DNA of 64,000 bases, taken from contig OZ037765.1 of the NCBI GenBank assembly GCA_964035545.1, forward strand, positions 9,186,698 to 9,250,697. The letters are read 5' to 3'. Of this stretch, positions 23,701 to 35,700 are shown one piece after another (the first letter of the stretch is position 1; each line of letters begins with the position of its first letter). The notes below the pieces were generated by a model. It was not told the origin of the DNA, ran no database searches, and saw nothing but the letters and a program-made list of their open reading frames with translations. Origin of the DNA: Bugula neritina. Taxonomy: Eukaryota; Animalia; Bryozoa. Made by a program: the position numbers and the translations under genes.

Positions 23701-26700
23701 AGATTCTACTTAAGTTGTATTGCCAACATGTTGATCAAAGCTACTAGTGTGTAACTGGGGGGGGGGGGGGGGGGGGGCAGAGCTCACTTGAGATAGTGAG
23801 GGGAGCAAGCTGTAGTTGCTAAGTTGTAAGCTCAAGTTACTTATTTATCAGTCGATTTAATGCTCCTAAACTGTATATTTTGCAACCCAAAGTTTCAGAC
23901 CTTCAATGCTGTAATTTTTTTATGAAAACATTATAAATTACTAAGTAATAAAAATGGTAAGACATGCAAAGTAACCTGACCAAAAGGTGATAAAATGGAA
24001 GACAGTAGTCTGTTACGAAGAGATTAAATTTTTGCCTCTATGGAAATATATGCTCAGGCACGCAGCATTAATCTATAACAGCAATTTAACCTGTAGGGGT
24101 GTTGCAGGTTGAAGTATATTTTCATTTCAATGTAACTAAGTATGACAAACAGCGCCACCTACAATCTGCACTGCAGTGACCTTGAAGCTACCAACTGGTG
24201 TATTGTAACAAAACTAGAGTTTCTGGTGATTGTCAGTAAACAATCTAACTTAAAATGTATTACTGCCCAAAATAGATCAACAAAATAATGATAAACTCTG
24301 TTCAGAAATGATTAATTAAGTAATATATCACTTACATCCGGTGAATTAATTATTCAAATTTATTGTTTCAAAATCACAAATAGAATATTGTGTGTCACAG
24401 CACTATTTTGGCAAAGAGTATCAGAATTATTGCAACCAACTGTTATATGAACAACCTGTTCAAGTAGCACAGTTTTATTTATCTCAGAAATTGAAAATAG
24501 AAAAAAGTTTTGAGATTTGCAGACATAGCAGTCAGTTCCTTAGATATGTAATGTTTGGAGATGAGGTTAAATGAAACACTGGGGATTTACATCTTTGACT
24601 TAACACAAGACTTGCTATAAATAGCTTTCTTGGCACTTTGGGGAAACAAATGCTATTTTTCACTTATTTGGAACCCAAAATTCCATAAAATTAGCCTTTT
24701 GCATTATGGCTTTGCTTTTGAATAAGTTTTGTTTCTTAATGTTTCTTAATTACCAGTATTTGTTTACATCAAACTTTTTGGAAATGCTGTATGAAAAGTT
24801 GGCTACGAAAATGTCATTTAATTTAAATTCATTGCGCAATAAGTTTAAAATTAGAAAACAATGATTTGCTTACTTTTGTAATATTCTGCACTAAAATGAT
24901 AGAGATAAGTTGATGAATCATATTTGGAGAGCTGTATTTGTTACATTGGACTCTACTTCTCTATCCGTGGTTTTCCCTGAGTGGTGCACCAAGTTAACAT
25001 TCAGATCAATCAAACAGATCAATTGCCTAGTGATGCCACTTACAATCTACTAGACACTTGAATTTTATATAAACAATCTCAAAGTTCTTTGAGCCCACTA
25101 TGTGGAGTAAGCAGACACAAAATTTACCTTAATTCTACGGCATCATAGCTGGCAGCGGCAGGCATTCGGTTGGTAACATCCAAGTTCAGTGTCTCTGGTA
25201 GAGGTAATTGAATAGCATGACGTCTTGCAGGCTCTTCAACAGCTTCACGAGCGTCCGCACCTCCATTGACTAAATAATAAAGACATTAGTTTATGCTCTA
25301 AAATACATAAATACATGTAATCGGGTAGTCTTTTACGGTGTTGCATAATGTAGGATGGAACCAGAAGCAAAATATTCAGTTTTCATAGCATTCCACAGTT
25401 TACCATGAGATACAAAAGTTAACATGTCACTAGTAGCACACACAAAGTAGTTTCTACTACGCCTGTGTGTGTGCCTGTGTGTGTGTGTCAGGGTTGAGGA
25501 TCAAAGATCAGTTTTATCATACTGTAATAATTTGGTGAATACTGTTTTTGTGTTAAACGTAAACGGTTTGAAGAGGAAAGAGGAGGATGTGAAATGAGTT
25601 AGAGCGAGATAAGAGATGTTCAACTTGTCAAGTGTTGACAGATCATCAACTGGAAGCTGCAGGTCAAACCTGGCCGAGAAGTGTCATGCCATCTGTGATT
25701 AGTCAACGTCATGGGAGAGAAAATACTATATCAAAAGCCAGATAAACGAATCTCCATATCTGGGATAGAAAGGCATAAAAATAGACCCAAAAGTTAGTGT
25801 TTTACTGCTTTAGATAGCACGTGAAAACCTGTAACACTAATAAGGAACATGGAAAAATTCATAAGTAAGTCTATAATTACATGCTTTTTTATATATTAAA
25901 AATATTATAAATATAAGTGAAAAAGTTTAGGATGTGAAAAGTAACAAAACCGCCATTTTAACTCAATAAAACATTTTACTAATAGCCACGTTTTATAATA
26001 GACATACTGAAACTGTTTGTCCAATTTGGTGAACACCCAGCAGCTTGCTAGAGCTCTTATGTGACAAAAACTGAGAGAAATGTTACATGTTGGTATTGAC
26101 ACCTCATAACCTGGCTCTGTGTACATCTTGTATGAAAGGTGCCACGTTAGACTGGCAACCACCTGCTAAAGGATCCTACGTAAACATGGCAGGCTATAGA
26201 TAGAGTTGAGGCTTTTTAACCCTTGCTACACTTTCTATGGTGATGCTATTTGTTATTATTGAAAACTTGAAACTTTCCACAATTCCATCGCATATAACTT
26301 ATTGTCAACATCTTAAGTTGTGAAAATGCTTTCAATATCACCAAATAAATACCTTTAACAAATTTAGTATATAAATCTGTGGCAAAGAATTAACTTGATT
26401 TAGACTGGTAAAAAGAGAATAAACAACATGACTTGTGACTTGGCTTATGGTGAGGGGTAGTGGTTACACGGCTAAGGTAATCACAATCTAAAGCTGTGTT
26501 CAAGGTAATGTAGACCGACCTCAAAAATGTCATACAATTTTCATCAATGAAAATTTACATTTATTTATCCCACATATGTGATCAGTATTATAGGTTTGAA
26601 CTCTTCCTGTAACATTAGGTTTAATAAACAGGCTACTTTATGAGTTCACAAGTCCTAATAAAATACAAAAAAAATGATTTATTACTTTTAAGGACAATAA

Positions 26701-29700
26701 TATCACTCATTAATGTTAATAAAATATATCAATAAATTATATGTGAAAGTGACAATCAGTGGAAGGATAGCCAATTTAACATTGAAGCTAGAATAAGTAC
26801 CATCATATTGAGTGCAGAAATTTTTGCTTAGCTGAGATTTATAACTTGTAGTTTGGCAGTTGGATCTGGAACTTTGTTGCTATATATTCTGCAGCCATGC
26901 AGGTAATTTTTTATGCTAGAACTTTGCTATTAGAAAACTGCATGTTTGCACCTACTTCCGGTAATTTCAAAATTATTGCATTATGAGCAAAATAGGCCAT
27001 CAATATATTACACTTTTCACAGTTTTCCAACTTTCAGTTGGCTTTATGAAGCTAATTTTTTGTAAATAATCCATACAAAAGTTTATAAAGTGGTGAAAGT
27101 TTTAGATATGGAAATGATTCGTATGTGGTTGATAATTAAACAGTTTGAGTTATGTAGTGAGCAGCACAGCTCACAGTTTGCTTACTGTGTACCTGTTTGT
27201 TTCTCGGAAAAAAATCTTGCATCTGCTGCCAGTGGTGCTGCTTCTGCTGCTGCTAGTACTGGTGGTGGTGGTACTGCCGCTAGTGCTGGTAGTTCTAGTG
27301 GTGCTGCTGCCAATGGTGCTGCTAGTACTGGTGGTGCTGCTACTAGTGCTGGTGGTGCTGCCGCTGGTGGTGCTGCCGCTGGTGGTGCTGCCATTGGTGC
27401 TGCTAGTGCTGGTGGTGCTGCTAGTGCTGGTGGTGCTGCTAGTGCTGGTGGTGCTGACGTCACCTTGTTAAGGCCCAGAGATGAAGAATCCGGAAGTTTC
27501 TTAGCTGCAAGGCGGCCATTATCTGGTTTATTAGAATTCAAGCACTTTCTTGATGACATGTGGCTGCTGTATGATCCTGAATGGCTGAAACTGGAAACAT
27601 TACAGACAACAATGAATATAATATATGCACAAAGCACTGGTGATTTCTTCAATTAAACAGCTTAGTTTTTAATTTCAAAAGATATTTTAATAAACAAAAA
27701 TAACATTTAAATTTCTCAAAAAGTGTTTAGCATTTTGGTAAAACAGTTGCTCACTTTTGCATTCATCACCTATTATTTTCCAATACAGATAAAGAATAAG
27801 GAAATTATGAAATATTAGTCATATGCATACCATATAAGGCAAGTATATTGTGAATTAGTAACCACAATTTATCCAAATAAAAGAGTATTGTAGTGATTCA
27901 TTTGAAATGCGCATATTCATCATATTAATTTGATAGCTGGATTGATGCCAATACCTTGCTCCGCGTTTACTCTGTAGAGTTTAATACGAGCTCATATTTC
28001 TTTAGGGATTAACTTACTAGTATCATTTATATATGTCATACAGTGATGATGGATGTGACAATAGAATAAAATGACAGAGTGGGGGAGTTACACTAATTAC
28101 TTTATGACAAATGTCAGCACGCACGGTGAGCAGGCAAATTTTTAAGGCATAACACACAGTTAAGGTAAAGAATGAAAATGCATTGTAATGCATCCCTGGA
28201 GTCGACACTAATTCTTATCAGATATAATTTGATAACAATGTAAGTCCATGACTCAAAGTGAAACTAAACAGAGAGCATATAACAACTATGACACATAGTA
28301 TGATAGTCTGACCTAAAGGTTAATGTGACTCATACTATGAGTAATGTGTATATAGACTTACTCTAACTCACTAATCAACTGTCGCCTCAGGTAAACTACT
28401 GCACACTATACTGCCTATAGATCACAGAAATATTTACAGTTAATGTTGGCATAAATTTAATTTAATTTAAATTTAATTTAGCCTGCAGCAATTAATATCT
28501 TATAAAGTTTAACAGAGATGTAGATGTAGATATAAAAGCTGTAAAAAGTTACTTTGCATGCAAAAGTTAATGAAAAATTGACAGTATGATTGACATAATG
28601 CATACGAATATATTGTTGTATTATTTTCAAAATTGTATTTATAGCTTTAAATATATAATGTGACCCCACCATGAACAAAAGTAAACAAAGCACAAGTTAA
28701 ACAGATGTATTTCTACTGTTGGTAGTCACACTTTGAAACAATAGCATATTTACAATTGACAAGCTGTTACTTTCTTTGTCTTTAACCACCTTTTTGGGTT
28801 TGACATCACAGCAAAGAATAAATGATTTGTATAATTTTCTCTCTTATGTAACAACACTAAATCAAATAAATGCATTTAATGACAATTAATACAAGTTTCT
28901 TCAGTGATATATCACAGGATACTGCCTGCAAAAAAAGGCAATTTGTTAAATGAGGTATTGTGACATTCACGTGTATAGGTTTTACGTGAATACCTCACTT
29001 AATGTCTGGCATAATTTCTTTCTTTGCCAAACACTCTTGAAAGTTTTAATGACTATTTAAGATTGCCAAATTTTCTTTACCGTCACATAAAAACTGTTTT
29101 TCTGGCTCAGCAAGTCTAACCAAGTAACACTACATTCAATAATGATTTAAAGTGGAAGTGGAACTCCTTGAGAAACCTGCAACACGATTTCAAGAAAATG
29201 GCTAACCGTTTCTGGCAATGCGAGCACTCGAAGGGTTTTTCTCCGCTATGTATTCGGCTGTGCTCTTTCAGATGGTGCTTAAACTTGAATGCTTTCCCAC
29301 ACTGGTGACACTGAAAGCGTCTTTCTCCTTCTCTGTGATTAATCAAGTGCTTTTCAAGTTTCTGTACATCCGTAAATGTCTTGTAGCATATTCTGCAGCT
29401 CTACAATGCATGATGCATCCTGTATAATACAGGTGACTTCAATTATTTACCTCCACACAAATGCATAAAGTCATTAAACCTAGACAAAGTGCAATTTAAA
29501 TGCCTGCATGAATAAAATACTGCAAATATTACATACGTTCTTAAGAATATGATAATTAATAATAGATGCAGTACAATTAATTATTCTTCGCTGTTTTTAT
29601 TACTTTCATTTTCTCAAAATTAATCATTTACCAATGAAAGAAATGTCAAGGGTGGACAAGCATCTGGCAACCCGCTAATGAGCAATTTGTTTCTTTACAC

Positions 29701-32700
29701 TCTGTTTTATTAGCAAAACTTTCTGTGGGGTCCGGGATTCCACTGCCCGATAATTTTGAGTAACTTTTATAAAGGCATAGAGCCTAAGCACATGTTTAAC
29801 AACTTCATTTATAAAGTGAGAAATTTCAATTTGATCTACCCACCTTGAATGTCAAATCAAGAGAAATTTGCAAAATAGGTAGGCTATTTTACTAGAAACA
29901 ATTTTTGAGAGATTTGACGGAATAAAATGATTAGAGCACAACAGACACAGTACAGAGTAAATATTTCAGGCTCATTCTAGCTTTGTTGCCTAGTACATTC
30001 CGTCATAAAATGTGGGTATTGTAAGTTTGAAAAAAGTTGTGGAAAGTAAGATTAGTTATAAAAATGTGAGATTACAGGTGTAGAAGTTTTGCACAGCTAA
30101 TCCTTTGATAACATCTAAAACTGTAAAACATTTTTATGATTCCCACATGTTTGAAGTAACCACTGGGGACTTTTGAGACCTTGACATAAGTCAGAAGTGG
30201 TAATACTGTGAAGCTGGTTATATGAGCTAAAGCAATGCTGCAGTAGAAGCCACGTGATGAGCTGTTCAATCTTTGACTAACAAATCATATTATTTAGGTA
30301 CAGCAGTGGAATAATTCTAAATTCTAATACCCAAATTCTTTAATGCTTTTAATGAATTTCGGTTTGGGGTTAGAGTTGAGCTTCTTATGAGAACATAACT
30401 TATTTTGCTACAACCCTGATCTAGAACACAGGCTTTTTGTATACCTCCATTACTGCGCCTACTTCATAGATTTCATGTTGACCTGTGTAATATAACTAAT
30501 GATTTACCTATGTTGGTAGTCAACTGAATGGCACTCAAGGATACACCTACATATACATATGCTAGACTTCCACACCATGTGAATTGGTTTGGTTCTTACA
30601 TGGAATACACCCACATGCTATAAAAACATGGACACAGTTGCATGACATTCAACAACCTATGTAAATATGTATCCTGGAAAACACTGGCTAGGCTGCGCAT
30701 ACTACTACTGTAATACTAGTTTTAAAACTCTCGGAGAAAGAATGTTAATTATATTTTGTTCAAACTTACCAACTCATTATCTGTAAATATTATTCACATA
30801 ATTCAATAGTTTTGATAATTATATTAATGGTTTGTTACCTTATTATATTATATTTTATAACTCGAGTTTAAGCTATGGCTTGCATTTCATCTAGAATAAA
30901 TTGAAAAAGCATGTGCTTTTTCTAATATAAAGACATAGATCTATGTGTACGTACCAAGACTGACCTACCACTTACATTATAGAATTAGAACTTGAAACAT
31001 TAGAACTCCGCTAATTGAAACAACTCTGTACCCATTTTACAGCTATTTCCTGCTTTATTTCTTACAATAAACTTGGTCTTTTGGTTTGGAGTAAAAAATA
31101 CCCCAAAAATTAACAAATCACATGCAGAAATTCATCTTTGTGAATAGCACTAGCTCATGCAGAACATTGCAGAAAGAGAAATATAGTGCTCATGTCCCAA
31201 ACCCAACCAAATTAACACTTAAAACCCCAAGCTAAGCAAGAATCCACATTTCTTCACTTCACGGAGATAGCATGTTTTACAGATACTCCAGCAATGCTTT
31301 TCTAGAACATTAGCCTATGAATTCAAACTTATTGTAATGTTGCTGTAGCTATGTAGCTCAAGTTACACGTGCTTATACATGTTACATCTTGCTCACTCAT
31401 ACGATTTCGCAATCTACAGTAGGTCAGAACAGTTCTAACTGGAGAAATTAAATATATTTGATTAGAAGGTGATCTCAATAATGCATGGGGAAGTGCCTGA
31501 CTTGATAAAATGTTGATACAATTTTTATAACCAGATTGACAGTTGGCTTTACTGCTTTGGCTAAAGTTTTCAACCCACACATACTAGTCATCAAGACATG
31601 TTTTCAAGGAAGTTAACGTAGGGAAATAAATTATTACGTGATGCAATGTTGAAGTACAAAAAACCAGTTAGCTGCAGGCCCATACTTTAGCTGTATAAAC
31701 TTTAAACTTTATTCACTTGAGTTCTTTTTAGCAATTGAAAAAATATCTTTTTACTGTGTGGCCGCAAGCAGTTTATCCAGCAAATTGTTTCTCCTAATAA
31801 TGATAATGATTTCAATAAATGTACAGGGGATAGCTAAAAATTTAACATTTTTCTAACTTTCAGGGCAGCTGAATTACAGTGATAGATACAAAACCTGCAA
31901 GATTGTTGAATTAAGCAGAACCAAAGTTCAGATTTTCAACACTGAGAGACCATCAGTAAAAAACAGATTAATTTATGCAAAAACTGCAGTTTTTATCACT
32001 ACAACTGCAAAAATTGAAGTCAATTAATTTGTATTTATAAAGCTAGGTGCAACGGCAATAACATCGTTGGAAATTACATCAATTAAACTTCTACTCGTGT
32101 AAATGCTAGCACTCATTAGGTTGTAGTGTATACAACACATTCTGAAATCAAATGGCTCTTTTAAAAGAATAGAAACTGATTTTAATTCTTAGTTTTCTAT
32201 AAAGTTTTAAACAGCCACCACAATCTCAGCTGTGTTACTAATAAAAACTCATGTACATTTTACTGGAACTAAAATCAAAATTAGCACGGATTTTGTGCAA
32301 CTGAAAGCAGCAACAGCTACAAAATGAAAACATATTTGTACCCATCTACTATCTTAGTCCTCAAAGTCAAATTAGCCAATGAGATGTTTTAGCAGGGTTC
32401 TTTAACTTTATAGAGCTAACCAATCAAAATGAGTTTCAACAGAGGGCTGACCCAGGAGTTGGACTGAAGCCCGTATCAATATTTAAACCATTTTATAACT
32501 CAAAAATGAACTGTCATCAGCATCAGTTATACTTTACATAAAATCTGGGTATATATACACAGCACATACAGTTATTAGAAAAGCGTGCTAATGAAGATTC
32601 TATACATGTACGGTGTATACCCTTGTGCCTGTAAGAGAATAGAGTTTGGTCTTGAAAAAAGAGTAGAATAAATTAATTTTTTGAAAGGCAATGGTTACAC

Positions 32701-35700
32701 ACTTCATCTAAACTATAGATACTTATGTTTATATCATCAAAAAGGGAAAAGCTTTCACTATTTCTGTATCATCTCAGCCGACTATTGATTATTACTCTTG
32801 TCATCAATTACTCTCTACTTGAACTAGCAGGATCTTGGTTTGTGCTTCGCACTAAAATCATTGCGCAAAATTACCTGACCACATTTCTTTTTGATTCAAA
32901 CCCTTAAACATACATAAATGGTTTTATTTAAAACAATTATCAGCCGATGTGCCAATCAGTGATGACTTGTGAAAATATTTGTGGCTACTGCGCACAAGGC
33001 TAGGGCTGACACATAGTCACGTTGGACTCATATGACTCTAATCTATAAGTCTGGCTATATAGTTATGCCGTGGAGTTTGCATTCCATCTTCATGAAACTA
33101 TCCAGTTTATTAGATCAAAAAAAACCCACTCGGGTGTATAGTAACAATCCATGTGGAAAGGGCTTTCTAAGTAGGCTAGGGACCTGTTTTCAATTGTGGC
33201 AAAGGAACAATTATGACTGAATGCCATCACCAATGGTCTTTACAGGGAATGGAACTATCCACTAGATATAACATTATAGTGCAAAGTATTCAGTTTACTT
33301 ATTGCAATAATATAATGTTTAGTTTGAGTATTCAATTCCAGCCAATACCAACTTGATGATTATTTTCAACTTGAGGTAAATTATTAAAGTTATGATACCC
33401 CTTTCCTAGACATTTTGAAGACTGGCCAACCATTACCACTAAAGTAGACATTCTCTTTTAATTCTCCAAATGGTAAAAAGTTGAGAATGATGTGAATGTT
33501 TGTTTCCAATGAGGTCAATACAAGTACAGAAGGTATAAAGTGTAATTAAAAGGTAATGAATATGTTGTGAGGTACTGGGTTCAGGTAGCAATTAAACTTG
33601 GCAGCAATGACTTAAATAGTCATAAAAATAAAAATCGCACCCAAGTTTTCCTACTGCTACTCAACGAGACTTTTAGTTTTAATTAATGTGGTGAAGTTCT
33701 AACGAATAAAGCACTAATCCTTGCATTTCTGCTGTTATAGTTGAAATATTTATTTTACTTTTTGTGGGATATTAACAGAACATGAAAATAATGTGACATT
33801 TTAGTTGTAGTATTACACTGAAATTATATAAATGATAAAAATTTATTACTGACAATTTATAGGCCTTTATGCAGCACAATTGCAAACTTTTCATTTCAAT
33901 AAAGCTACAGCTAGCAACTAATGGTAATCTGGTAACTAGGGTTTCATTGCTAACTAAGAAAAACAGTTTCTATACTAATTAGCTAAAACCTTCTTTCTAA
34001 ATAAAATAATATGATGCATTTTAAATAAACCCATCTTACGAGCCATATAAGGTAATTAATGACCTTTGAGTTTTTACCTCACAACTATAATGTATTATAG
34101 AGCTTACAACTATAATTTATAGGGCTTACGCAGATACAATTGAGATACAGAGTAATTGATTGAAAGTTACAGTGACAGAGGAAGCAAGGCATGCAAGATG
34201 GATGAGTTAGAGCAAACCTTTATTCTAAGTCAGACAACTACCCGTAACATCAATAACCTTCTATGTATATGTCGCATTAAATTTTATCTGCAGCTAATGG
34301 AGGTGTGTTTCTTGCAATTTCAATAAGATTTGTTTATAATTATAGCATCAACACTCTTTACAAAAAAACTTAACGTTTTGCCGAAAAGAGATTTCGAGGT
34401 TAGATTAATAATTTTGAATGTGCTATAGTCTATACAATACTATACAAATCACAAGCACGGAAAGACTACAATAGAGACAGCCCATTGAATAAAATTATAG
34501 TAAAAACTTTTAGATGAGAAATTCTATTCCATAAACATTTTGTAACATAAAGCAGGATGGAGGAAACTTTTTATTCTCACGAAAATTTCATATCTGAAAA
34601 CCATTTACAAAATATTACTTATTATTTGTTGTGTAATCTACTCTTTATTTAAAGCTCAGATTTTGAGTCTAATGTTACTAAATTTATGGAATATTTAGTC
34701 ACATGTGATGCATACACAAGATAAAGATTTGGCCAATGGCTGTAATAGTTCAACAGCTCGTTGGTGCTTCAAACAATTGGGTGATAAAGTGGTTGAGGAA
34801 GCAGACAGAACTAATGAATTACCAAGCAGAAGCAGATAAATGTTGAATAAGGAACTTTTTACTAAGATATACTAGCCAGCTGCGGCAGCTATATTACACA
34901 TAATACTGTATATCCATAATAGGAATATTATTTTAGAAAGATGACTCACATTTATGTCTTTAGAAAGATTGAGCTGCTCGTGATTAGAAGGCAATGTCTG
35001 GGATTTTAACTCAGTGTGTTGGCTCTTATGATTTAACCACAACTGGTTCAATTCTTGTTTGTCTAAAACAAATTCATAAAACATTATCAAAGGTGTCTGA
35101 AATTACAATTCATACAAAATATTTCGGCTTATTGTACAGAAAATGCAGAACTTATTGCACGTTTGTCAGCAGAAGCATTACAGCTGTTCAAGTTTTCATA
35201 TTTTCTACAATTCATTGAAATTGTCAAAAGTGGTGTAGCGGGCCTTAGAATTGTTTTCGATTTCTGTAATTAGGATGGCTGTTGTGCAGGTTTAAGAGAA
35301 ACGGATATCGACACAATAATTCACAATTATAGTACAAATAAATGTGTATATACAACAACTTTTATTGAAAAAACTAGACTTGACTTTCCACACGAGACCC
35401 AAATCTTGTGATCAGTTAAAAGTTCCTAAGCTAATTAGCTGAAAATTCACCTTCAGTCCTTAGCTACAATCGGCCCTTAGCACATGTCTTTTCTATATTA
35501 TGTTAATTTTATTTTAATCATTTACCCAATATGCAGAAATTGTAAAATAATTGGTGTCATTTTACAGACAGAATTAATGGTGAAAAAGCAGGAGTGAAAA
35601 ACTAAGTAGCTAACTCACACAAGCTTAGACCAGATAATGGTGATTAATTTAAAATCTAAACTAATAAATTCATGGTTTAACCGTGGCACATGTATAGCAG

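Noticed and set aside
27090-27656. Plus-strand ORFs of 188 aa (Gly/Ala-rich) and 108 aa (Leu/Val-rich)
   Set aside because: These are antisense shadows of the stop-free ZEB Pro/Ala coding repeat. The minus frame carries the conserved zinc-finger end.
34074-34130. Apparent 2-7 nt microexons on the minus strand
   Set aside because: They arise from an imperfect tandem duplication (CTYACAACTATAAT…TATAGRG) and are not needed for the reading frame.
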